From the NCBI GenBank assembly GCA_020353515.1, contig CP070695.1, positions 2,738,155 to 2,802,154 of the forward strand: 64,000 nt of DNA, in the 5' to 3' direction. Position 1 is the stretch's first letter. Every line of letters starts with the position of its first letter. The DNA is from Candidatus Heimdallarchaeota archaeon. Its GTDB lineage: Archaea; Asgardarchaeota; Heimdallarchaeia; Hodarchaeales; Hodarchaeaceae. A program made the position numbers and the translations under genes. This document shows positions 9,184 through 18,332 of the stretch, piece by piece. The notes beneath the pieces are model-generated. The model worked only from the letters and a program-made list of their open reading frames with translations. It searched no databases and was not told the DNA's origin.

Positions 9184-10578
9184 TTAGATAGAAATTTCCT
9201 TTTTCTTAACAAAATGATCATTTAACTCCGTACGCCTTTTTAAAAAGTCATAAAAGGCCTTTTGAAAGTCTATTTCAGATGTCAGGTGAAATTGTAAAGG
9301 CTCATTTCTAGAAATAGGTTTCGTTAAGTGTCTCTGAGCACAAACTGGGATTACATATCTCATTCCTGGACGTATCTTCCTACTCCTTGATTTATAGTTA
9401 AAGTTTCTTTTTGTAGATTTATAGGAACATTTTTTACATTTTAGTCCTTTATTTTTCCCTGCAGAAGTAAGAGAGGCTCCACAGTTTGGACATTTCGGAG
9501 TTATTTTTTCACGGATCGTAACTAATTTGATAATTTGAATTTCTTCAATATTTACAGTAGTTGGAGTTTCTACTGATGCTGGTCGAACTCCTCCAAAAAC
9601 TAACACCTCATCCCCTTCCATTAATTCTCTTATTATTTTTCTAAATTGTTTTGTAGGTTCGTATGCAGCACAATCGATTGATATATTTCCTGATTTGATA
9701 GTAAAGATTACGTGACCACCAGGGAGATTGTACGGATTTTTTACTACTGACCCTCTTAGAATTACAGAATGGTGTGGTGAAATTTCGTCACCAGAAAATT
9801 GTTTAGGAAAATGTACTTGAGTATGCTGATTTGTGCGGAAGAGCATTGAGGTTTGTATTGGTTCAAAAATTTGAATCATTTTCCACATTTGAATGACTGC
9901 ATTAGATGTTTCACCTCGTATTCCACAAAAGACAGGATCAGGCCCATGGGGTGTGATCATTACTTGTTTATTTTCATAATCATAATTACTGAAAGATAAT
10001 GGAGTGTTCTTATCAGCGTTAATGACGGATATAGGGTCAATTAGACGTTCAGGTTTCTTCTCTTTTAGATCACGATAAATAATGAGTTCATAAGTGTAAT
10101 CATGTAAGAGAGTCGCTCCGATGGCAGCAGTAGCACCGATCAATCCTCTACCTTTTTTTATAAAAAAAGTGTCCGTGGGGTGCTTCTTAAGCATATTTTT
10201 TACCGATTCTAATGGAATTACTTGATAAAGAGCCTGCTTATATAGTTCTATGAAGTCTGAAGGTACTTCACCTTGAAGCAGCACAAGACCTGGATCAGTT
10301 TGGGGATCATCAACATCTGCATATTGTTTAACTCGATCAATGGCTCCATTCCAAAACTTATCCTTAAGATCTTCTGAGGCCATGAAAGAAATGGCTATAG
10401 CTCCATTTCCTCGCGTTTTATATGGGATATTTGGATTTAGACGTATTAATTTCGGAAAATCAAGTAACTCTAATGGAAGAGCTAACATGAAATCTATTAG
10501 TATCGTTGCTAAAAACGTTGTACACATACCAAAATTTGAATCGGTATCATCCACTCCGATATGCCATGTTTGTAGCAT
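9184..10578 (-). CDS. tiaS: tRNA(Ile2) agmatinylcytidine synthetase
   Basis: IGVDDTDS..GMCTT, RLNPNIPYKTRGNGA, PHGPDPVFCGIRG, AAYEPT, C-terminal zinc ribbon, RHLTKP. Confidence 0.96.
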   Translation of the reverse strand: MLQTWHIGVDDTDSNFGMCTTFLATILIDFMLALPLELLDFPKLIRLNPNIPYKTRGNGAIAISFMASEDLKDKFWNGAIDRVKQYADVDDPQTDPGLVLLQGEVPSDFIELYKQALYQVIPLESVKNMLKKHPTDTFFIKKGRGLIGATAAIGATLLHDYTYELIIYRDLKEKKPERLIDPISVINADKNTPLSFSNYDYENKQVMITPHGPDPVFCGIRGETSNAVIQMWKMIQIFEPIQTSMLFRTNQHTQVHFPKQFSGDEISPHHSVILRGSVVKNPYNLPGGHVIFTIKSGNISIDCAAYEPTKQFRKIIRELMEGDEVLVFGGVRPASVETPTTVNIEEIQIIKLVTIREKITPKCPNCGASLTSAGKNKGLKCKKCSYKSTKRNFNYKSRSRKIRPGMRYVIPVCAQRHLTKPISRNEPLQFHLTSEIDFQKAFYDFLKRRTELNDHFVKKKEISI

Positions 10579-10599
10579 GTATCAATCATTCCATCGGTC

Positions 10600-11517
10600 T
10601 TAAAGTCGAGATAAAACCCCAGAAACCATTAAAGGTAAAACAAGAGTTACATCGGAAGGAATATCAATCCATTTTGCTTTTGTTTCTACCTTTCCCCAAG
10701 ATATTGCCTCTTTCACACTCGCTCCACTAACACCACCATGCTCAGGGCGATCCATAGTTATTTGAATTGCATACGATAATCCATTGTGCAACTGAGACCC
10801 ATTCATAATGAAGTGCTTAGGTACTCCTCCACCTAGAAACAAGGCCCCCATACGTTCTGTTTCATAAACAATCTTGGTGAATTCTGAGTGATCTTTTAGA
10901 ATATCGATGTAAAAAGGATTTGTTTGAGCAAAAAGCCAAGTTTGAACTCCTAGCATGCTATCTACAAATGAAGGGGAAAAAATCGGGACTTTTTTTAGAA
11001 AGGCGGCTCTTAGTATTGACTTTGGATCATCTACATATCGTCCAAGCTCAAATAGAAATTCTTGACTACTCATTCTTTGATCAGGAACGCTTTTGAGAAT
11101 TTTCTGGGCCAATGCTTCGAATTTAAGAAATGAATCATAAGGGATTAGCGTACTAAATATTCTACTAATTTGCATTTCATTTAGTTTTTTATCATTTAAG
11201 TGTTCTGAACCATGATAGTGAGAACCTCCAGATGTCTCCAATAAATCATGGCTGATATTAGCTCCTGTTGTGACTATACAATTCACCATATTTTTTTCAA
11301 TCATTATCCGAAGGATATTTCTCATACCTCCTGGAATTAAAGCTCCTGCAAGCCCTAAAAAGATGGTACACGCGTCGTCCTGAATCATTTGTTCTAATAG
11401 ATCTGTCGCTAAAGCAACTTTACGACATGTAAAGCCACCATTTTTCATAGTTGATAATAATTCATTAGTTGTCATATTTGGACGAATATCCACTTGTTTC
11501 ATACGATTAAACTTCAT
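10600..11517 (-). CDS. dys: Deoxyhypusine synthase
   Basis: VTTGANISHD, LGGGVPKH, GGVSGA..KEAISWGK with catalytic Lys. Confidence 0.95.
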   Translation of the reverse strand: MKFNRMKQVDIRPNMTTNELLSTMKNGGFTCRKVALATDLLEQMIQDDACTIFLGLAGALIPGGMRNILRIMIEKNMVNCIVTTGANISHDLLETSGGSHYHGSEHLNDKKLNEMQISRIFSTLIPYDSFLKFEALAQKILKSVPDQRMSSQEFLFELGRYVDDPKSILRAAFLKKVPIFSPSFVDSMLGVQTWLFAQTNPFYIDILKDHSEFTKIVYETERMGALFLGGGVPKHFIMNGSQLHNGLSYAIQITMDRPEHGGVSGASVKEAISWGKVETKAKWIDIPSDVTLVLPLMVSGVLSRL

Positions 11518-11709
11518 ATATATCGAACTCTTGACTATCTATAGCCAATATGCCTAATAATGCGAGTATTTTTCACTTGTAAGTTATTTTGATCATTCTT
11601 TTTTTAAAAGAAGTATTAAACTTTTATTTTGATTGATTCTAGATAGTCTGAAAAACCTTTATTCAGAAGCATTCATCTCATCAATTTAACTAATAAGTTG
11701 TGAAATACT

Positions 11710-12636
11710 GTGGAAAATTTAAAATTTTCATGTCATGAACCAGAAATGTTGTGTGGAATTCTTAAGCGTGAGTGGACAGATATCAAACCAAACTATCATT
11801 TTCTTGGGATACCTTTAGATATATCATCCTCTTATAGAAATGGAGCGAGACGTGGGCCAGATGTTTTGCGACAAATTCTCCGTTCAGAGAATTTCGAATG
11901 TGTAACAGAGGCGGGTGTCAGCCTCAAAGACGTTTATAGAATAAAAGACTGGGGAAATATTGGAATAATTTCTACAAATCTACGTAAGAGTCTACGATTA
12001 ATCACCGAGGGAGTTCTTGATTTAATTCAAACCAACCAGTCCTTTTTGTTATTTGGGGGTGATCATAGCTTAACAATAGGATCTGGACAGGCATTTGAAG
12101 AAGCTGACCTTCCAACATATCTCATTTATTTTGATGCTCATCTTGACTTATATGAAGAAATGATGGAATCAGATTTATCTCACGCGTGTACTTTAAGAAG
12201 GTTTTCAGAAATATCAGGGTTTCAAGGAGCTACAGTATTAGGTTATAGATTTTTCACTCCAGAACAGTTATCTTATGCTCAATATAACAATATTAAAGTA
12301 ATATCTACAAATGAGTTGGTTCAACATTCGGATTTATATCATCTCGGTTTAGAAATCACTGCTCCTTTGGTTAAAGAAAATAACCGTGTCTATATTTCAG
12401 TGGATCTAGATGTATTAGATCCAAGTCATGCTCCTGCTGTAGGAAATCCTGTTGCTGGCGGAGTATCAACGAGGCAGTTAATTTGGTTACTTACAGGTAT
12501 TTTTCATGGACTTAAGACTCAGATACACAGTTGGGATATTGTAGAATACAATCCTCTCTACGATTTTGCGGAAATCACGGCTTTTACTATCGTTAAACTC
12601 CTTCTAGAGAGTTTAGGAGCACAAGTCTATAGATAA
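11710..12636 (+). CDS. speB: Agmatinase (ureohydrolase family)
   Basis: GARRGP, GGDHS, FDAHLD, SHAC, SVDLDVLDPSHAPAVGNP. Confidence 0.88.
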   Translation: MENLKFSCHEPEMLCGILKREWTDIKPNYHFLGIPLDISSSYRNGARRGPDVLRQILRSENFECVTEAGVSLKDVYRIKDWGNIGIISTNLRKSLRLITEGVLDLIQTNQSFLLFGGDHSLTIGSGQAFEEADLPTYLIYFDAHLDLYEEMMESDLSHACTLRRFSEISGFQGATVLGYRFFTPEQLSYAQYNNIKVISTNELVQHSDLYHLGLEITAPLVKENNRVYISVDLDVLDPSHAPAVGNPVAGGVSTRQLIWLLTGIFHGLKTQIHSWDIVEYNPLYDFAEITAFTIVKLLLESLGAQVYR

Positions 12637-12786
12637 ATTATTTCTAACACGAGGTTTTGGTAAGAATTTTATTGACTACAATGATGAGTAATTTTTTTAA
12701 GTCAGCATTGAAGAAATCAGAAATTGTGCTGAAGGAAATCTCATAATAAAAATAAGTAAATAAAGTAGCATAATGGAGAAAGACAA

Positions 12787-14001
12787 ATGAAACATGATTC
12801 TACAGCTTTTTTAATCAAGGAAATGAATGAGATTCGCGAGGCAGGACGAGAGTGGATACACCGAGTTTTAGAAGGGCCTAGTGACACTGTATGTAATGTG
12901 GAAGGAAAAGAAGTTATTATGCTGTGTTCAAACAACTATCTTGGCCTATCTAATCATCCTAAAATGAAGGAAGCAGCTATTGAGGCTATCAAAACTCACG
13001 GTGTTGGTTCTGGTTCCGTTCGAGCAATCGCAGGTAACATGGATTTACACGAACAATGGGAGAAAAGACTTGCTGAATTTAAGGAACAGGAAGCTGCCTT
13101 TATCACATCCGCAGGATTCACTGCTAATCAAGGAGTAATTCAACAGCTTACTCCTACTGCAGATGATGTTATCTTATCTGATCGTCTAAATCATGGATCG
13201 ATAATTGATGGTGTTCGAACTACTAAAGCAAAAAGAGCAGTTTACGAACATTGTGATATGGCCTCTCTTGAAAATGAGCTTACTAAACTATCTAAAGAGA
13301 ATCCTCGGAGAATTCTAGTTATTACTGATGGGGTGTTCTCAATGGATGGGGATCATGCCCCCCTTGGAGATATCTATAAAATTTGTGAACCTTATGATAA
13401 CGCAGTTATATATGTAGATGATGCACATGGTGATGGAGTCCTTGGAAAAGATTATTCTGGAAAAGGTCTTGTAGACCATTACGGATTACAAGGTAAAGTT
13501 CATATTGAGATGGGTACGTTTTCTAAAGCTTTTGGGACTATGGGTGGTTCAGTTGTAGGTTCTCAAGAACTAATTACATGGTGTCGGAACAAAACTCGTT
13601 CTTACCTCTTATCTGCTAGTCACCCCCCTGCAACTGCAGCTGCGTCCATTAAAGCTCTCGATTTAATTGAGAAGGAAGAACCCGGTCTTGTCAAGAAACT
13701 CTGGGATAATATCGATTATTTCAAAAATCAGATAATAAAAATGGGTTATAACCATGAAATAACAAGTGCTTCAACTACTGCGATTATTCCAATTATTTTT
13801 GGGGATCCTTTGAAAGCAAAAGAAGCCTCAGATTCATTATATTCAGATTACGGCATTTTTGCCTTACCGATTGTGTTTCCAATGGTTCCTCGGGGACTTG
13901 ATCGAATCCGTGTTCAAGCTAATGCAGCACTGACAAAGGAGCAGCTGGATGAAGGACTTCGTGCTTTTGAAGAGGTAGGAAAAAAACTCAAGATTTTCTA
14001 A
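12787..14001 (+). CDS. kbl: Glycine C-acetyltransferase / AONS-family PLP enzyme
   Basis: CSNNYLGL, SDRLNHGSIIDG, DGVFSMDGD, DDAHG, GTFSKAFG. Confidence 0.85.
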   Translation: MKHDSTAFLIKEMNEIREAGREWIHRVLEGPSDTVCNVEGKEVIMLCSNNYLGLSNHPKMKEAAIEAIKTHGVGSGSVRAIAGNMDLHEQWEKRLAEFKEQEAAFITSAGFTANQGVIQQLTPTADDVILSDRLNHGSIIDGVRTTKAKRAVYEHCDMASLENELTKLSKENPRRILVITDGVFSMDGDHAPLGDIYKICEPYDNAVIYVDDAHGDGVLGKDYSGKGLVDHYGLQGKVHIEMGTFSKAFGTMGGSVVGSQELITWCRNKTRSYLLSASHPPATAAASIKALDLIEKEEPGLVKKLWDNIDYFKNQIIKMGYNHEITSASTTAIIPIIFGDPLKAKEASDSLYSDYGIFALPIVFPMVPRGLDRIRVQANAALTKEQLDEGLRAFEEVGKKLKIF

Positions 14002-14043
14002 AAGTATTTTAGAGGAAGACTTTTTCTTTTCCCCTCTATTATT

Positions 14044-14499
14044 TTAAAAGAACTTTAGTAGTTCTCTATTTTTTCTTTTAGCTTTCAAAATTTCAATGAC
14101 CTCCTCCAAAATATTAATAATTCTGTCTTCATACGTCTCTCCCTTGTAATGATAACTCCAGTGATTCCAATGAGGTCGTTTATGCGCTACTTTATATTTT
14201 AATCCAGTCATTTCTGTTTTATAAGAATTTGCATCTATTTTATTGACCTTCTGATCAGCAATGATATACCAATGATATTTTGTATTATTCAGTGCACCTG
14301 TGCCTGATGGTGCTTGGAGAATTCTATATTTATTACAGATAAATTCAAATTTCCACTTATCTGGTGCTATTTTTGTTTCGTTCCATTCCCCATCTTTATA
14401 ATTCCATCTATGTTTTCCCCCTACTTTCATTCCTGTATATTTTTTTCCATTATAATCTTTAAGAGCATTGTAATATTTTCTCTTTTCATCCTTTATCAT
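14044..14499 (-). CDS. Hypothetical basic, aromatic-rich protein
   Basis: 151-aa ORF; YTGMKVGGKHRWNY, YHWYIIADQ, KVAHKRP; function not recognised. Confidence 0.7.
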   Translation of the reverse strand: MIKDEKRKYYNALKDYNGKKYTGMKVGGKHRWNYKDGEWNETKIAPDKWKFEFICNKYRILQAPSGTGALNNTKYHWYIIADQKVNKIDANSYKTEMTGLKYKVAHKRPHWNHWSYHYKGETYEDRIINILEEVIEILKAKRKNRELLKFF

Positions 14500-14745
14500 A
14501 AACCTACAACCTTTAGATTAAATCCTAAAAATATGTCATTTAAGAATAAAATAACTGAACTATTTATAAAACAACTTAAGACACCCAGTTGAAAGTTAAT
14601 ACTCGATTTAAATTCTCGAGAGAAAAGAAAGAGGGAATTTTATGAAGTCTGGAGTATTTATAGATATGAGATGATTAAAAATCTCATACTTCAATCAATT
14701 CAATAGATGTAAAAATAGCTATCAGCACAAAATTGAATATATTAA

Positions 14746-15174
14746 TCATTTCTTCTTGGAACCAACGTTATTCTCTCTAGATATTATTCGACGCCTGGGT
14801 TTTACTTTAACTTTGCCAGAAAATCGAAAAACTTGACCACAATCAGGACAATACCAATATTTTCGTGATGCCTCATCACCACTAGAAAACTGATAAAAAC
14901 CTTGAAAAACTGCATTAGGATGATGACATTTTTTTTTCCGTCGTTCGTCATATGTCTGAGTAAAAATTTTAGGTATTGGGGGTGGTTCGTCCTCTAAAAT
15001 GCGAGTATGATCTCGAGGAGTATGTTCTATTGGCGTACTTTCTTGAAAGATAGTGGTATCTTCAATTTCTACTTCTTTCTGACAATTTGGACAAACAAAA
15101 AAGATTTGTTGTTTTGGTCCCTTTCTCTTTGAGACAATCAATGTTCCACATTCTGTACAGAAAGGTGAGGGCAT
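14746..15174 (-). CDS. TFS/RpoM-like transcription factor (divergent)
   Basis: N-terminal FCTECG...CPNC ribbon; C-terminal Q.SSGDE...YCPDCG resembles QTRSADE...C..CG. Confidence 0.8.
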   Translation of the reverse strand: MPSPFCTECGTLIVSKRKGPKQQIFFVCPNCQKEVEIEDTTIFQESTPIEHTPRDHTRILEDEPPPIPKIFTQTYDERRKKKCHHPNAVFQGFYQFSSGDEASRKYWYCPDCGQVFRFSGKVKVKPRRRIISRENNVGSKKK

Positions 15175-15453
15175 ATATATTCCACGGAATCTTAAAAAAA
15201 GTTATTCTTTGGTTTTTGTGTTTAGGATGGGGTTATTCTGTAATTCACTTTAAATTTAACCTTTGTTATCATAAAATTAGTAATGGAATAGGATATTGTT
15301 TCCAAGGAACCACTCTTCCTTGAAGGTGATTTCAAAAAGGTTTTCTCTTTCTCTTTCTTTAATAGTTAGGTGTGAATATCTAATTGTCTCAATTTTTATT
15401 CTTATTTTTTCTTCCAACGCGATTCTTCAGTTCTTAGTAACGGCGATACGAAA

Positions 15454-17421
15454 GTGAAAATTCCCTATTTTGGAAAAATAAGGTTATTCTGGTGTGATTC
15501 ATGTCATGTTCCTCTCATTCGTGAAAAATGTTCTTCATGTGAAATGAAAGGGAGAAAGGTTAAGGTTTCTCCTCCTGGTGATATCCGGCCCGCTTTTGAT
15601 GGTGATCTGAAACAAATGGTTTCAGTAGTACAATTTCAATTTGGTGATGTTGCAGCCCAAAAGTTTCAGAGTCTTATTGAGAATCAGGTGATTCTCCTAA
15701 ATAAGGTACCATATCTTGACCGCATGGATGAGATAATTATCCAGGGTGAGGTTGTTGGAGTATTTCGGTTTAATTTAATCAAAGAAAGCTTTGAGTTGCT
15801 ACCAAGACTTAACTTGGCATCACAAATATGGGATATAAAATCGACTAGGTGGGTAGCTGTTGATAAAGGAGCTAAAAAATCGATTATTAAGGGAGCTTCA
15901 GTACTTTCTCCTGGTGTTGTATATGCAGATGCACATATTTCTGTTGATGATCCTGTTTTAGTTATCTGTGAAAACAAGATAATCGCAGTAGGCCTTGCTA
16001 AGATGAATGGTCACCAAATGGGACCGAAGAATAGGGGGGTTGCTATTAAGACCAAATATCGGAAAAAAACTGAAAATATTTTAAACCCATTTCCCTCAAA
16101 ATGGAGAAGAATAATAGAAGCAAACATACAATCCTTAGAAACAATAGAAAAAGAGGCAATTGAATTCATTGAACGAACATCTGAGAGATCTAACAGGCAT
16201 TTAGTAGCATTTTCGGGAGGAAAGGATTCTCTAGTGACACTAGATCTTGTAGCACACTCCTCTGTGGACTATGAGATTATTTTTTCTGATACAGGACTAG
16301 AATATCCGGAAGTACTGGAAAATATAAAAAAAATAGAACAGAAATATCAAAAGAGGGTAATTGTGGAAAAAAATAAGTGGGATTTTTGGGAACGATTTGA
16401 ATTGTTTGGACCACCTTCAAGAAATTCCCGATGGTGCTGCAAATCAGCTAAGCTGTCTCCAATAAACGAAATACTGGAAAATTTTTTTTCTAAAGATAAA
16501 CAGATTCTTTGTTATATCGGGAAGAGAAGATATGAATCATTGGGGAGGTCTCGTGAACCTCGAGTCTCAAAAAATCCGTGGATTCCTAAACAAGTGACCG
16601 CTGCACCGATAGACAATTGGAATGCTTTTGAAGTTTTTTTGTATATCCACAAACACAAACTCACCAAATATCTAAATCCACTGTATAACCAGGGTTTTAT
16701 TCGTATAGGATGTTGGGTATGTCCAGCCTCCTCATTAAGTGACTTCGAAATTATGAAAGAATCGCATCCCGAGTTATATACTAAATTAAATCAAAAATTA
16801 CTCAAAATCCAAGATCAACAGGGATTTCCAAACCAATTCACATCATGGGGATTGTGGAGGTGGAAATACCTTCCTAAGAAGATTTTAAATCTATTAAATA
16901 AGGAAAAAGTGGCTTACAATAGTTCTAATTATTCAATTCTTTCAGACCAGAAATTATTTTTTGAATCCACAACTGAAGTTTCTCCCTGTGTTAATGGAGG
17001 TTTTTCGACCCTTTTGTCTGCAAACCAAATGTTAGATCTCTCTAGAATAAGGAAATTAATCCCCATTTTGGGTTCGGTTCAATACAATGCCGAATTGGAT
17101 ATTCTTTCAATTCAAATGAAAAATGGCCAAATAGATATCTTCAGTGATGGCTCGATTTTATTTAAGAATATTGATAAAAATTCATTAGTAAGCCAGATTT
17201 CTCCTCTCATTAAGATATTATATCGGATCACACATTGTGATGGCTGCGGGGTCTGTACTTACTCATGTCGAGAAAAGGCTCTTGTTGTTAAGTCAGGAAT
17301 TATCAACGTTCTTGAAGATCGGTGTATTCACTGTCTAGACTGTAACGATTTCTGTCCATTATTGAAATATCAAAATGAGAAATCTTTCTTAATTCCTTCC
17401 AACGGATTAAAGAGATCTTAA
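15454..17421 (+). CDS. PAPS-reductase-family protein with PUA and 4Fe-4S domains
   Basis: VSPPGDIRPAF, PUA (VDKGA...GASVLSPGV), AFSGGKDS, RWCCKSAKL, RIGCWVCP, two C-terminal CxxCxxCxxxC. Confidence 0.9.
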   Translation: MKIPYFGKIRLFWCDSCHVPLIREKCSSCEMKGRKVKVSPPGDIRPAFDGDLKQMVSVVQFQFGDVAAQKFQSLIENQVILLNKVPYLDRMDEIIIQGEVVGVFRFNLIKESFELLPRLNLASQIWDIKSTRWVAVDKGAKKSIIKGASVLSPGVVYADAHISVDDPVLVICENKIIAVGLAKMNGHQMGPKNRGVAIKTKYRKKTENILNPFPSKWRRIIEANIQSLETIEKEAIEFIERTSERSNRHLVAFSGGKDSLVTLDLVAHSSVDYEIIFSDTGLEYPEVLENIKKIEQKYQKRVIVEKNKWDFWERFELFGPPSRNSRWCCKSAKLSPINEILENFFSKDKQILCYIGKRRYESLGRSREPRVSKNPWIPKQVTAAPIDNWNAFEVFLYIHKHKLTKYLNPLYNQGFIRIGCWVCPASSLSDFEIMKESHPELYTKLNQKLLKIQDQQGFPNQFTSWGLWRWKYLPKKILNLLNKEKVAYNSSNYSILSDQKLFFESTTEVSPCVNGGFSTLLSANQMLDLSRIRKLIPILGSVQYNAELDILSIQMKNGQIDIFSDGSILFKNIDKNSLVSQISPLIKILYRITHCDGCGVCTYSCREKALVVKSGIINVLEDRCIHCLDCNDFCPLLKYQNEKSFLIPSNGLKRS

Positions 17422-17637
17422 TATTAAAACAGTAAAGATCTAATGAAACATATTTTTTTTTACACATTCTTTAGGAATAGCGATTTTAATGTCAATTAGT
17501 AGGTAATATCACTTGTATTTTTTTCAGAGGAATCTTAAATGGAGACAAGTTCATGATTTGTATGACTCAAGATAGAGAAAAACACAAAAAAACGAGACAT
17601 CATCAACGAAATGAACGGTGTTTGGAGAATATAAGGT

Positions 17638-18180
17638 GTGAACGGTCGTAAAGAGCGAGTAATTGACGGAGCCAAATCAATTCTCTCAACAAGAGGATTT
17701 AGTGTCACTTCTGAAGTTGAAAAAGAAGAATATTATGATATTTATGGAAAAGACGCCGAAAAAAAAACCATAATTGTACGAATCCCTACAAAAGAAGTCG
17801 TTGGGGTTCGCTTATTACGTGATTATAAGGAAGAAATAGAGAAAAAAGGTTACGATCATGCTATCTTACTCGCATTGAATAAATACACTCATTATGCGAA
17901 GCGTGAAGCCAAAGCTGCTGGAATTGAAACATTCTCAATAAAATTTCCTTTCTTCAATTTGTTTAAGCATTACCTAGTTCCTCTACATGAATTTGCAACA
18001 GAAGAAGAGATTAATGAACTAGAGAAAAGATATTCGATCTTTAAACATCAATTACCAAAAATATCAGCAGAAGATCCAGCTGTACAGCTTCTAGGTGCTA
18101 AAGTGGGAGATATATTGAAAATAGTTCGTAATAGTCCCACTGCAGGCGAATTTATTATATATCGTGCTGTAGTACCCTGA
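17638..18180 (+). CDS. rpoH: RNA polymerase subunit Rpo5 (RpoH), long RPB5-like form with N-terminal domain
   Basis: HYLVPLHE, QLPKISAEDP, GDILKIVRNSPTAG plus about 105-aa N-terminal domain. Confidence 0.93.
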   Translation: MNGRKERVIDGAKSILSTRGFSVTSEVEKEEYYDIYGKDAEKKTIIVRIPTKEVVGVRLLRDYKEEIEKKGYDHAILLALNKYTHYAKREAKAAGIETFSIKFPFFNLFKHYLVPLHEFATEEEINELEKRYSIFKHQLPKISAEDPAVQLLGAKVGDILKIVRNSPTAGEFIIYRAVVP

Positions 18181-18332
18181 TTAAAAGGCTCTGAGGAGTG
18201 GTGTTGACAGTTGTGGTTCAACCTAGTACATAAAAAAGACTGGATATTGGGTAAGATTCGACCTCCAACGTCTTCAAAGCTTCTTCTGCCAACTGAAAAT
18301 GTGACTTGTGACATTCTATTCATAAAAAATGA

